Source: a bacterium
GTDB taxonomy: Bacteria; Cyanobacteriota; Vampirovibrionia; Gastranaerophilales; JBAXKC01
Length of the DNA stretch: 64,000 nt
Assembly (NCBI GenBank): GCA_037137535.1
Contig: JBAXKC010000006.1
Span: 33,002-97,001 of the forward strand
Direction: 5' to 3'
The notes under the pieces were generated by a model that saw nothing but the letters and a program-made list of their open reading frames with translations, was not told where the DNA came from and ran no database searches. Below are positions 31,663 through 42,078 of this stretch, piece after piece. The translations under genes were made by a program, and so were the position numbers. Each line of letters opens with the position of its first letter. The stretch's first letter is position 1.

Positions 31663-31739
31663 CCGATTTCTTTGATAACTATAAAGCAAATTATCCGCTA
31701 ATAAACGTGATAATTTGCTTTATATACTAAATTAACTTA

Positions 31740-32756
31740 TTAAACTGATAAAAGTTCTTTTTTTACTTCTCTTGCAACCGCTTCAGCTAATTCAAACGTA
31801 GAAGAAGTTCCGCCAAGGTCAAAAGTTGTGTGTTTGCCTTCGCCTATAACTTTAATTACTGAATTATGTAGAGCTTTAGAAGCTTTATGTTCACCGATAT
31901 GACTTAACATTAATGATGCGGAAAGAATTAATGCAGTTGGATTAGCTTTATGTAAACCTTTTAAAGTTGGAGAACTGCCATGAACAGGTTCAAATACAGC
32001 TACTGCTTCACCAATATTAGCCCCTGGTGCAACTCCTAGACCGCCTACCAATCCTGCGGCAAGATCAGAAACAATATCACCGTATAGATTTGGCATAACT
32101 AGCACATCATAAAGTTCGGGATTTTGAACTAATTGCATGCACATATTGTCTACTAGAATTTCATCATAAGCTATTTCAGGGTAATTTTTTGCTATTGTTC
32201 TAACTGAATCAAGAAAAAGGCCGTCTGTAAGTTTACATATGTTGGCTTTTGTTAATGCGGTAACTTTTTTTCGTCCTTCTCTTATCGCATAATCAAAAGC
32301 ATATTGTGCAATTCTTTCAGAAGCTCCTCTTGTTATTATTTTAATCGACTCGGCTGTGTTTTCATCAATTTGTCTTTCTATTCCTGCATAAAGGTCTTCT
32401 GTATTTTCTCGGACTATTACTAAATCAACATCTTCATATCTTGATTTAACACCTTTAATTGTTTTTGCCGGTCTTAAATTAGCGTATAAATTCAATTCTT
32501 TTCTTAATGTCACGTTTACGCTTCTGAAACCTGTTCCGATTGGGGTTGTTATAGGTCCTTTAAGGGCAACTTTGTTTTTTTTAATTGAATCTATTACATT
32601 TTGAGGAAGTGGAGTGCCTTCGGTTTCAATAAAATCAGAACCTGCGTTGACTACTTCCCAATTTATTTTTACGCCTGTTGCTTCAATGGCAATTTTTGCC
32701 GCTTCCGTAATTTCAGGACCAATACCATCACCAGGAATTAAAGTAATATTATACAT
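31740..32756 (-). CDS. Isocitrate/isopropylmalate family dehydrogenase
   Basis: PGDGIGPE, RSVNVTLRK, RENTEDLY, NLYGDIVSD, EPVHGS. Confidence 0.92.
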   Translation of the reverse strand: MYNITLIPGDGIGPEITEAAKIAIEATGVKINWEVVNAGSDFIETEGTPLPQNVIDSIKKNKVALKGPITTPIGTGFRSVNVTLRKELNLYANLRPAKTIKGVKSRYEDVDLVIVRENTEDLYAGIERQIDENTAESIKIITRGASERIAQYAFDYAIREGRKKVTALTKANICKLTDGLFLDSVRTIAKNYPEIAYDEILVDNMCMQLVQNPELYDVLVMPNLYGDIVSDLAAGLVGGLGVAPGANIGEAVAVFEPVHGSSPTLKGLHKANPTALILSASLMLSHIGEHKASKALHNSVIKVIGEGKHTTFDLGGTSSTFELAEAVAREVKKELLSV

Positions 32757-32782
32757 TTTTACCTCGATAAATTTTTTATGTA

Positions 32783-33283
32783 CTAAACAAGTTGAAAATC
32801 GCCATGTTTTTCAATATGTTTCGCAAGTCCGCCTTCGTTAAGAATTTTAATCATTACGTCAGGAAGCGGAGTGATTTGAATATCAATATTTTTGGTGATA
32901 TTTCTCACAATACCTCCTGATAAATCCACTTCAATTTTATCACCTTCATCAATAAGGTCGGTATTACATTCAACTAATGGAAGTCCTACATTTATTGCGT
33001 TTCTGAAAAATATTCTCGCAAAAGATTTTGCTAAAACTGCATTTACTCCTGCAATTTTGATAATGGTTGGGGCATGTTCTCTTGAAGATCCTAATCCGAA
33101 ATTTTTACCCGCTACAACAAAGTCGCCTTGCTCCATATTTGGTGCAAAATCTTCCCTTGCATCTTCAAGAACGTGTTTTGCAAGTTCAGGTAAATTTGTT
33201 CTGAGGTGAAATAATCTTCCCGGTGCAATATGGTCTGTACTTATATCATCGCCGAATTTCCAGGCTTTACCGTTCATTAACAT
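32783..33283 (-). CDS. LeuD/HacB-type dehydratase small subunit
   Basis: GDDISTD, NFGLGSSREHA, SFARIFFRN. Confidence 0.9.
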   Translation of the reverse strand: MLMNGKAWKFGDDISTDHIAPGRLFHLRTNLPELAKHVLEDAREDFAPNMEQGDFVVAGKNFGLGSSREHAPTIIKIAGVNAVLAKSFARIFFRNAINVGLPLVECNTDLIDEGDKIEVDLSGGIVRNITKNIDIQITPLPDVMIKILNEGGLAKHIEKHGDFQLV

Positions 33284-33295
33284 TATTTAAAACTC

Positions 33296-34585
33296 CTAAG
33301 CGTTGTTTGTAGCTAAAACTTTTTCATTAGAAGAGAATAATTCTCTAGGATCTGCAATATAACCTTTAAGTGCTGTATATGCAGCTATTGCAGGTGAAGC
33401 AAGGTAAATAAATCCTTTGGTGTTACCCATTCTTCCTTGGAAATTTCTGTTTTGAGTAGCAACACAGACTTCATCATCACCTAAAATACCTGCATGCACT
33501 CCCACACAAGGACCACAACCAGGTGTATTGATTGTTCCACCTGCTTTTAGAATGGTTTCAATTAAACCTTCACTAATTGCATTTATTAAAATTTCTCTTG
33601 AAGCAGGAACAACAATTAACCTTACATCTGGGTTTATTTTTTTATCTTTTAAAATTTCAGCAGCAATTCTTAAATCTTCGATTCTTCCGTTTGTACAACT
33701 ACCAATAAAGACCTGATCAACTTTAATTTCTTTTAATTCGCTGACTACTTTTGTATTGTCCACTGTATGAGGACATGAAACGGTTGGCTCAAGTGTTGCC
33801 ACATCTATTTCAATAATTCTCTCGTATATTGCGCCTTCATCAGCATTTATTTCTCTGAATTTATCAGCTCTTCCTCTTGAATTCAAATATTCCCTTGTTA
33901 TTTCATCTGAAGCAATAAGCCCAGCTTTAGCTCCTGCTTCAACAGCCATATTTGACAATGTAAACCTGTCAGTCATTGCCATTTTTTCAATAGTTTCGCC
34001 GCAAAATTCAAGAGCTTTATATGTTGCGCCATCAGCCCCAATGATTCCAATAAGATGTAAAATAAGGTCTTTAGGGTAAACTCCTTTTGGAAATTCTCCT
34101 GTAACCAATATTTTATAGGTTTCGGGTACTTTAAGCCATGTTTTGCCTAATGCAATAGCTATTCCCACGTCCGTAGAGCCCATTCCAGTTGCAAAAGCAC
34201 CTAATGCTCCTGATGTGCAAGTATGAGAGTCTGCACCTACAAGGATTTCACCTGGATTTACATAATCTTCGACTAATCTTTGGTGACATACGCCTTCGCC
34301 CGATTCAGAAAGAATTACACCAGTTTTCTTTGCAAACTCTCTAAGTATTTTATGAGCATTAGAAAGCTCTTTACGAGGACTTGGTGCAGCGTGGTCAATG
34401 AAAAATATTGTTCTTGATGGGTTTGCCGCTTTTTCAAGGTTAATTTTCTGCATCTCTTGTACTGTCAGAGGTCCTGTTCCATCTTGAACAGCCGCTACAT
34501 TAACATTTGCTACTACTATTTCGCCTGCGGTTACTTCTCTACCACAGTGTTCACCAATTATTTTTTCTGCAATCGTTTTAGCCAT
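33296..34585 (-). CDS. LeuC/HacA-type dehydratase large subunit
   Basis: DH, GADSHTC, GSCTNGR, CGPC, NRNFQGRMG. Confidence 0.92.
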   Translation of the reverse strand: MAKTIAEKIIGEHCGREVTAGEIVVANVNVAAVQDGTGPLTVQEMQKINLEKAANPSRTIFFIDHAAPSPRKELSNAHKILREFAKKTGVILSESGEGVCHQRLVEDYVNPGEILVGADSHTCTSGALGAFATGMGSTDVGIAIALGKTWLKVPETYKILVTGEFPKGVYPKDLILHLIGIIGADGATYKALEFCGETIEKMAMTDRFTLSNMAVEAGAKAGLIASDEITREYLNSRGRADKFREINADEGAIYERIIEIDVATLEPTVSCPHTVDNTKVVSELKEIKVDQVFIGSCTNGRIEDLRIAAEILKDKKINPDVRLIVVPASREILINAISEGLIETILKAGGTINTPGCGPCVGVHAGILGDDEVCVATQNRNFQGRMGNTKGFIYLASPAIAAYTALKGYIADPRELFSSNEKVLATNNA

Positions 34586-34615
34586 GTTTAAATCCTTTTT
34601 ATAATAGATAAATCA

Positions 34616-35935
34616 CTATTTTATTACAGCTTCTTCTTTATTTGGGCTTGTAACTTCAACTCTTTTTTTTATTTCACCGACAGGCATATAATAAGGAGTT
34701 ACAGTCATTAATTTTGCTGCAATATCGGGATGATTGTATATAAACTTCAATTCTGTTTCTACAAGTGGCTTTTGGGTGTGTACGTTTGCATATCTTGCTA
34801 ATTCAAGTACGTTTCTGGCTTCGTCTTCATCATGAAACTCAACTTCCATTTTCTCATAGACGTTTCTGAAACCTTTAATACCACCATATTCGCCAATTGT
34901 AATCATACGGCCTGTTTCAACTATTTCAGGTTCGCCTCTTCCAAGTTCTTCATAGTCGTATAATTCATAATTTCTTCTGTCTTTTAATGCTCCGTCAGCG
35001 TGAATACCCGATTCATGAGCAAAAGCATTATCACCCACAGCTACTTGATTTATAGGGATTGGAACACCAAAAGCATAGGACGTGTATTTTGCAAGTTGCC
35101 ATGCTTTGCTAAGATCAATATTTGTATCAAGTTTGTAGGTGTCTTTAAATCCGCTTGATTTTACAACTGCAAGAATACAGGACACAAGGTCGGCATTTCC
35201 TGCTCTTTCGCCCATTCCGTTAATCGCTGTATTTATATAAGCATCAACCCCTGCATCAATAGCAGCTTTAGCACCCATTATCGAGTTAGCTGTTGCCATT
35301 CCCAAATCGTTATGGAAATGCATTTCAACAGGCATACCAACTGATTTGGCTATATTATAAATCTTTGTATAAACTGTATTTGGATCGTCATAACCCAGAG
35401 TATCGCAATATCTTATTCTGTCAGCTCCGTTATCTCTTGCGGATTTTGCAAATTTAATCAGAAATTCTAAATCAGTTCTTGATGCATCTTCGGCATTTAT
35501 TCCGACTGTTTGAGCACCACAGGTTCTAGCTGCTTTTATCGCATCATTTGCTTGCCTGATAATGTCATCTTTATCTTTTCTTCCGCCAAATTTGCCCATG
35601 ATCATTTGATCAGAAGTTGATATAGATAAATTTACATGTTTAAGTCTCGGTACATTTTGAAAGGATTGAAACACATCACTTTCCAAGGCTCTCATCCATC
35701 CACCAAGTTTAGTTTTAGTAAGAACACCTCTATCAACAAGTTCCAGGTTTGCATTCAAATAGTTGATCTCATGCTTTGTATTTGGAAATCCGAACTCTGA
35801 TTGAGTTATCCCCATTTCATTAAGCATAAGGTTAATTATAGTTTTTTGAAGTTTTGCAAGTCCTAATCTTGACGTTTGAACTCCATCCCTGTTGGTTACA
35901 TCTACAATGTAGATTGTATTGTTCTTTTTGGTCAT
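34616..35935 (-). CDS. DRE-TIM synthase (homocitrate synthase family), probably Re-citrate synthase
   Basis: DVTNRDGVQ, EDASR, CDTLG, HFHNDLG, GERAGN, HESGIH; GGAGG RBS before ATG 35935. Confidence 0.8.
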   Translation of the reverse strand: MTKKNNTIYIVDVTNRDGVQTSRLGLAKLQKTIINLMLNEMGITQSEFGFPNTKHEINYLNANLELVDRGVLTKTKLGGWMRALESDVFQSFQNVPRLKHVNLSISTSDQMIMGKFGGRKDKDDIIRQANDAIKAARTCGAQTVGINAEDASRTDLEFLIKFAKSARDNGADRIRYCDTLGYDDPNTVYTKIYNIAKSVGMPVEMHFHNDLGMATANSIMGAKAAIDAGVDAYINTAINGMGERAGNADLVSCILAVVKSSGFKDTYKLDTNIDLSKAWQLAKYTSYAFGVPIPINQVAVGDNAFAHESGIHADGALKDRRNYELYDYEELGRGEPEIVETGRMITIGEYGGIKGFRNVYEKMEVEFHDEDEARNVLELARYANVHTQKPLVETELKFIYNHPDIAAKLMTVTPYYMPVGEIKKRVEVTSPNKEEAVIK

Positions 35936-36109
35936 ACCAGCCTCCACCTTTTATAAAATCAATGAAATTGTTTATTTTAAGGATTTAATGTTAATTATTC
36001 ATTTTTTAATATTTAACTTTGTAAGTATAGCAAATTTTTTGTATTTTGAGTGTAATTTTTACATTTCTTTGATATTTGCTTAATACTTTAGTAATTATTT
36101 TAAATGATT

Positions 36110-36553
36110 TTAATTTGCAAGGGCTGCGGGTCGACTAAAATCGTAAAAAACATTAGAAAGTAATTCATTTTTCTGATTACGATATGAAATTACAACTCTG
36201 CGTAAAATAACAATATTACTGCTATTTCTTTGTAAATTAGTTGATGATACAGTAACATCAAATCTACCGTTGTCTGTATAGGTTGAATCTACAGCAACTA
36301 AATCCCCTTTGTCATAGTTAAATTGCATTAACCAGTTAAGCTCTTGTTCTTTTATGTAAGCTTTAGTTAAATTATTTGCTTTTACTATATCATTATTTTT
36401 AACTGAAATAAAAAGACTATTATACATATTTAAGCTGAGTGCAACAGCTAATATGCTAATCATAACCATAGAAATAGCAATTTCTATTATAGAAAATCCT
36501 TTTTTAGTATTTTTTTTACTCAATAAATCTTGGCACATTATTTGAATTTCCAT
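36110..36553 (-). CDS. Prepilin-type protein (PilV-like position)
   Basis: KKG/FSIIE cleavage motif plus hydrophobic helix; start uncertain. Confidence 0.85.
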   Translation of the reverse strand: MEIQIMCQDLLSKKNTKKGFSIIEIAISMVMISILAVALSLNMYNSLFISVKNNDIVKANNLTKAYIKEQELNWLMQFNYDKGDLVAVDSTYTDNGRFDVTVSSTNLQRNSSNIVILRRVVISYRNQKNELLSNVFYDFSRPAALAN

Positions 36554-37178
36554 ATATAGTTATTTCCTCATTGCCATTTTTATTAACTTCTATATCCCAT
36601 TGAACTCTGCTTATAAGGGCTTTACTGGAAGTAACGGAAGTTGATGATATGCCACCTTTTAATGCTGTGTCAGCTATTCCATTATTATAATTAAGAGTAT
36701 AGCTCAACTGAGAATTATTGCTGTTAATATTGCTGGCAATTACTTGAGAAGTTCCTGTAATTGAGTTCATCGTTTCCGCAGGGACTGCATTTTTTGCCCA
36801 AGTGTATTGATTTGTGCTGTGCATTTCCATTAAATTTACGTTAGTACCGCTATCACTAAAATAAAAAGCAGTAAATCTATAAATGAGTTTTGTCTTGTCA
36901 ACAGGTATTAATAAGGCTATCGCACTGTCAGTATTTATGTTTTTACCTGTAATTGCTATCGTTACAGAAGCAGGATAAATATATTCAGCTTTTTTAATTT
37001 CATCAATTACTCTTTCAACGGTAAATCTAGTGAAATTAACTTTCTCCAGCTGTTGACAATTAATAAATGAAGCATTAGTAAATTGGGACATGAATTCAGC
37101 TAAGCTGATGCTTATTACGCTAAGCATTATCATAGAAATAAGTAATTCTATTAACGTTACACCTTTTCTACTTATCAT
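36516..37178 (-). CDS. Prepilin-type protein (PilW-like)
   Basis: RKG/VTLIELL. Confidence 0.85.
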   Translation of the reverse strand: MISRKGVTLIELLISMIMLSVISISLAEFMSQFTNASFINCQQLEKVNFTRFTVERVIDEIKKAEYIYPASVTIAITGKNINTDSAIALLIPVDKTKLIYRFTAFYFSDSGTNVNLMEMHSTNQYTWAKNAVPAETMNSITGTSQVIASNINSNNSQLSYTLNYNNGIADTALKGGISSTSVTSSKALISRVQWDIEVNKNGNEEITIYGNSNNVPRFIE

Positions 37179-37653
37179 AAATTATATTTCCCGATACTGC
37201 TTCTAACGTTAATGTTTTTTGAAGTCCATGCATATAGCCGACTTTAATAATGCAATCACTTGAAAGTGAAACACCTGTGGAATTAACAGGAGTACCGTCT
37301 ACATAAAAATAAATCTTTGGACATGTATTATTAATTATTTCTACATCAGTTGGTAACTTCCCCGATGATGAATCAAAAATTTTCTCATTAGTAAGAATTG
37401 TAGTACCTGATTTTATCTGATATGAATTATCGCCTGCATTTGCATCAAATTCTGTATTAATTCCATTAATTCTTGAATAATGTCTTGCTTGTTTAATTGC
37501 ATATACCATTTGTTGGACACCGCAATTTACATTTTCATTTTCTATAACAGAATTAAAACTTGTAAATCCAATTAGAAAAATAATGCTCATTATTGACATA
37601 GTTATTAATAATTCAAGTAAAGTAACACCTTTTTTATTTTTAGTGGGCTTCAA
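37168..37653 (-). CDS. Prepilin-type protein (FimT/GspH-like)
   Basis: KKG/VTLLELL; ARHYS helix; C-terminal SGNI. Confidence 0.85.
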   Translation of the reverse strand: MKPTKNKKGVTLLELLITMSIMSIIFLIGFTSFNSVIENENVNCGVQQMVYAIKQARHYSRINGINTEFDANAGDNSYQIKSGTTILTNEKIFDSSSGKLPTDVEIINNTCPKIYFYVDGTPVNSTGVSLSSDCIIKVGYMHGLQKTLTLEAVSGNIIYDK

Positions 37654-39466
37654 TTAAAGTCGCCTCCTGTTTATTTATTTGACTCCAACCTGAATAAATA
37701 ATGCCTATACTTACGCTAGGAAATAAATTAACATATTCAGGAGGAAGATTATTTAAATCGGAGAATCTGTCTTCTTCTTGCCATACTCTGGTAGGTGCTT
37801 GATAATATGTGCCATTCCATTGTCCTGTTGCATATTTACTTCTATATAATTGAATAAAACTGCCTGAAATATTAATTTGTTTTCCTGCCCAGTTTTCTAA
37901 AAAGTGTGGCAAATTTTCTAATCCGCCATTATACTGACCCACTTTTGTCGGTAAATTTCCTGTTATAAAAGCAACATTATATTCTCCGTTTACTGCAACA
38001 GGCATAGGTTGACCAGATGTTTTATTAACAGTTGGGTCTTTCCAGTTGCTTTTTGCATCGCTCCAACTGTCTGAAAGTAATGTAACTGCATCTGCAACAA
38101 CTGCTGATGGTTGCCATTTATCAATCGAGGGAGTTGTTGAGGTATGTTTATTATAGCTTCCTTGTATGTAAACAGGTAAATTTGAAATAAAAGTTGTCGG
38201 ACCACTTAAAGTAGCTCCATTAATAACTTTAAATGCAGATATTTTTCTATTGATATCAGTTGTAAAATCATTTCCATCATTATCAGGAACGGCATCATCA
38301 CGAGTCATATAGACAAGGCCTGAACCTGTTGTATAGCCTAATTTTGTTTTTAATAAATTAATATCTATATTTGTCGCTTTTATTGCAGTATTTTTAGCAG
38401 GTTTGCTTCCTGACGGATATTCTTTATAGTCATAAATTTGAGTTTCAGCTAAAGCACCTCCGAGTTCTGCGCTTGTATAACTTGTAGTTATACCATTAAA
38501 CGTAATTTTATATGGTTTTGCTGCTGCTGTGATTACTTCAACTTTAATCGCCGCATTTTTGTCATAATAACCGCCAGGCTGAAAAGATTCTAACTTTGGA
38601 GGCTCTAGTACTGATGCACCCAAAGATTTATCTTTAACTGTTCCTGCCCATTTTGAGCTGGCAATAGATTCCCATGAAGAACTTGTGGAATCATTACCTG
38701 CAAACATCTCGGTGGGTGTTCCTGTTTTAGATCCTGTTGTAATTTTAACATGACCTGTTGCCGTAGATTGATCCAGCCTGCCTCTTATCAGATTACCTGC
38801 CGCTGATAATGAATCAGTGCTGATAGTAAGAGTATTATCGGAATTCAAGTATAAATTCTGATTAGTATGAATTAAACCTGTTAAGTTGAAATTTGGACCA
38901 GGTAAAATTTCTAAATCATTTGCATAAAAAATGTGATACATAAATAAAGTCATTCTTTTGGCAAAAACATTTTCTTTCATTCCAACCCACCCATACCCAG
39001 GGGAGTATGCAATTGCCTCAATATTCATTTTATTAGTCGTATCAATGCTGGATCTTTTCCAGCTATTTGTCGCATTATCTTCTTTAATACTGTATTGAAC
39101 ATAGATGTTTAAATTATTTTCATTAGAATGATAAGTATACATATAATAACCAGGTGTTCCAAAGGTGAATGATTCATCTGCGAATATTTTATCTTTAGGA
39201 TTATTTCCTGTGTCATCAGTTTTATTATCTTGAAAAGTAACATAAGGCTCAAATTTAGTAAGATTTTTATTATTAAAAGAATCTTCAACCTTAGTTTTTG
39301 CTCTTCTGATTCCTGATTCGCAAGCAAGTTCAAGTTTAGTTCTTATGGTTTCTTTATTGGTAACATCTGCATCAGAAGTAGAATTAACAGAAGCAAGTAT
39401 CGCTGTTGTCATCAACAGTGATAAAATCATAGTAATCATTACTAATGCAGAACCTTTACGTTTCAT
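37640..39466 (-). CDS. Large PilX-like minor pilin
   Basis: MKRKG/SALV lacking Glu5; 'ACESGI' PilX-like motif; long beta-rich C-terminus. Confidence 0.75.
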   Translation of the reverse strand: MKRKGSALVMITMILSLLMTTAILASVNSTSDADVTNKETIRTKLELACESGIRRAKTKVEDSFNNKNLTKFEPYVTFQDNKTDDTGNNPKDKIFADESFTFGTPGYYMYTYHSNENNLNIYVQYSIKEDNATNSWKRSSIDTTNKMNIEAIAYSPGYGWVGMKENVFAKRMTLFMYHIFYANDLEILPGPNFNLTGLIHTNQNLYLNSDNTLTISTDSLSAAGNLIRGRLDQSTATGHVKITTGSKTGTPTEMFAGNDSTSSSWESIASSKWAGTVKDKSLGASVLEPPKLESFQPGGYYDKNAAIKVEVITAAAKPYKITFNGITTSYTSAELGGALAETQIYDYKEYPSGSKPAKNTAIKATNIDINLLKTKLGYTTGSGLVYMTRDDAVPDNDGNDFTTDINRKISAFKVINGATLSGPTTFISNLPVYIQGSYNKHTSTTPSIDKWQPSAVVADAVTLLSDSWSDAKSNWKDPTVNKTSGQPMPVAVNGEYNVAFITGNLPTKVGQYNGGLENLPHFLENWAGKQINISGSFIQLYRSKYATGQWNGTYYQAPTRVWQEEDRFSDLNNLPPEYVNLFPSVSIGIIYSGWSQINKQEATLIEAH

Positions 39467-39907
39467 AATTATTCTTCTTTTAAATCATATCTGATATAAT
39501 TATTATATACTTTTTTTGTTATAATAGAATAATATTTCTGATTTGACAAAATATATTTTTACAAATTGAAATATTTCTATTTGCCTTGAGCTTATTTTTC
39601 GTTAGATTGATATGTAATTATTTGCATTTTATTTGAAATTTCCTAACAATATTCTAGCTGTTGCCTATAGCAAAGGAGGCAGTTCACCAGCACTTGAACA
39701 GCTTGTTATATCACCAATTACAGGTAATATTGAGTAAATAAAATAATTAGTTGAATTTATAAAAAAACATATAGCAGAACCATTTGTCTTAATAATATAA
39801 AAACAAATATTTCATTTATTGAATTATAATGTTAATATTTAAACTTAGTACCGAAATAATTTTGCTATTGTACTATAATAAATAAAGGTAGCGTATTGGA
39901 GAAATCA

Positions 39908-40657
39908 ATGAAGGATATTGTTATACACAATTATTCAGACTCTATTAACTTTGAGGAGTTGAATTATAGAGAGAAAATACAGCCTACCGAAAAAAGTTTT
40001 GCGAATATTGATAATTGGATAAAAGCAATTACTCCTAAATTAAAAACAATTCCTGCATTATTGAAAGTTACAGAAATTAAAGGAACTATACTTGAGCTTG
40101 GAGCAGGATCTTGCTGGTTTTCCGGTGAATTGTCAAAACTAGAGACTGTAAACGAGATTTATTGCCTTGATATAAGTCCTTATGTTCTTGAGAATGTTGC
40201 TCCTCCTCTTATGTCTCACCTTGAAGCAAAAGTAGATAAAATAAATAGAATTGTGGGCGATTTTAATAACTTGCAATTTGAAAATATTGATATGGTTGTT
40301 TTTGATGGAGCAATGCACCATATTCCCGAAAAAGATTTTAATAGTGTTTTATTGCAAATTCATAAAGTCCTTAATCCTCAAGGTAAGGTTTTAGCTATAT
40401 TTGAACCTTTCTTAGGCAGTAATCCATTAATTAATATTCTTAGAAAATATCAATTTGGACGACATGAAAGAAGATTTGGCGTTACTGAAAACATATTTTC
40501 AAAAAATGAATGGACTGAAATGTTTAATAAGGCAGGATTTAAAGCTAACTTTATTAGACATTCTTATCAAGCAGAAAGTAATTCTTTAAAAACTCTTATT
40601 AAGAAAATGTTTAAAGGCTTATTTCCTGAATATATTATTATTTTAGAAAAAAACTAA
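39908..40657 (+). CDS. Class I SAM-dependent methyltransferase
   Basis: LELGAGSC, LDIS, MHH, LNPQG; GGAG RBS before ATG 39908. Confidence 0.88.
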   Translation: MKDIVIHNYSDSINFEELNYREKIQPTEKSFANIDNWIKAITPKLKTIPALLKVTEIKGTILELGAGSCWFSGELSKLETVNEIYCLDISPYVLENVAPPLMSHLEAKVDKINRIVGDFNNLQFENIDMVVFDGAMHHIPEKDFNSVLLQIHKVLNPQGKVLAIFEPFLGSNPLINILRKYQFGRHERRFGVTENIFSKNEWTEMFNKAGFKANFIRHSYQAESNSLKTLIKKMFKGLFPEYIIILEKN

Positions 40658-40670
40658 AACGTTATAAGTT

Positions 40671-41555
40671 TTATAATGAAACACTTATTCTGTAGAGCTT
40701 AACGTCTTTATAGAAATAACCTAATATCTGATATGCATTATATCCCAGATTTGCCATGTTGTTTGCGCCATATTGCGACATGCCTATGCCATGCCCCATT
40801 TTTCGGACTGCACCATCAAAAGAAGGTACTGATTTCAAATAAGGTAAATCTCGCATCCATACATCGCCCGAATTTAAAGTATAACCGCCTGCGCTGGCAC
40901 AATAAAATGCGGGAATTACTCTGTTTCCTTGAATTAGCACTTGTCCTGATGTTTCAACTACTGCTTTATTTGTTCTTAAACTTTCTGAAGATGCTCCGCC
41001 ATAGGCTTGGTCTTCGGGGGTATCTTTTAAATCATAGCCGTATTTTTTTCGTTTGCCTAAATTAGCAACAGCATAGCTTCTTGCAGCAATTGCTTGAGCT
41101 TTATGCGCTTCATAGTTCCATGTTCTTGGCATTTCAGAAGGAACAACGCCTAATAAGTAATCTTCAAGACTAATGTTATTAACAACAATTACACCTGTAT
41201 AATTGTTATAAATATAAATTTGTCCTCTGTACCACTTTCTTTTGGCAGAAACATAACCTGATTGATACGTTTTAATTACTGCAAAATTAGTTCCTAAAGG
41301 GTAGGTCTGTCCATTAATTGTAATTCCTAGAGTAGTACCAATTTTTTTAATGTTATAAGGTCTTAACGCATTTAACTGCATTATAAGTTTGCCTGTTAAC
41401 CCGTCAAAAATCCCCCCATTATTTGAAATTCCGATCATTGCGGTTTTTACATTTGTTTGGAGTCCAATTTTAATTGCATTTGCCTGCTTTGTATCAAATA
41501 TAAAAGATGAAACAATTAATAACAGGAAAATAGCAATTATTTTAAATTTATTCAT
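40671..41555 (-). CDS. SpoIID/LytB domain protein
   Basis: LEDYLLGVVPSEMP, AQAIAARSYA, QAYGG, GHGIGMSQYGA; signal peptide. Confidence 0.92.
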   Translation of the reverse strand: MNKFKIIAIFLLLIVSSFIFDTKQANAIKIGLQTNVKTAMIGISNNGGIFDGLTGKLIMQLNALRPYNIKKIGTTLGITINGQTYPLGTNFAVIKTYQSGYVSAKRKWYRGQIYIYNNYTGVIVVNNISLEDYLLGVVPSEMPRTWNYEAHKAQAIAARSYAVANLGKRKKYGYDLKDTPEDQAYGGASSESLRTNKAVVETSGQVLIQGNRVIPAFYCASAGGYTLNSGDVWMRDLPYLKSVPSFDGAVRKMGHGIGMSQYGANNMANLGYNAYQILGYFYKDVKLYRISVSL

Positions 41556-41571
41556 AATGTCCGACTAGGTT

Positions 41572-41892
41572 TTATATTTGTTCTAACTCAAGATTATAGA
41601 GATAATTTATCATATCTAAAGCAACTTTTTTCTGTATATCAGTAGGGCAATGTCTTAATACTTCCATTGCATTAGATAACTTTTCATCAGAATCATACCA
41701 TCTATTTTTAAATAATCCAAATCCTTTAAAAGTTCTTGTTGTTACTTCAATTCCTAGCTCTACACCTTTATCTTTAATTAAATTAAATACTAAGGTTTGT
41801 TTGTCTTGGGACGCATTTCTCAGAAGACTTATTGCCATACTAACCGTTGGATCACCATCATACCAGCGTTTATTCGGGTTATTAGTCAACAT
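41572..41892 (-). CDS. Hypothetical protein with two RWYD repeats
   Basis: KRWYDGDPTVSMAISLLR / NRWYDSDEKLSNAMEVLR. Confidence 0.75.
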   Translation of the reverse strand: MLTNNPNKRWYDGDPTVSMAISLLRNASQDKQTLVFNLIKDKGVELGIEVTTRTFKGFGLFKNRWYDSDEKLSNAMEVLRHCPTDIQKKVALDMINYLYNLELEQI

Positions 41893-42078
41893 AATTGCCC
41901 CTTATATTATAATAATACTCTAACACTCACTATCTATCTTAGAATAAGTTATTTATTGACTAAAATCAATATTTATGTAGCAATTGTCAACTTTTTTAAA
42001 GTAAACAATTTGTTTACAATTCATAAGAAAATCAGCCCTTTTGTGAGCTGATTTTTTATAAGTTATAAACTTTATTTA

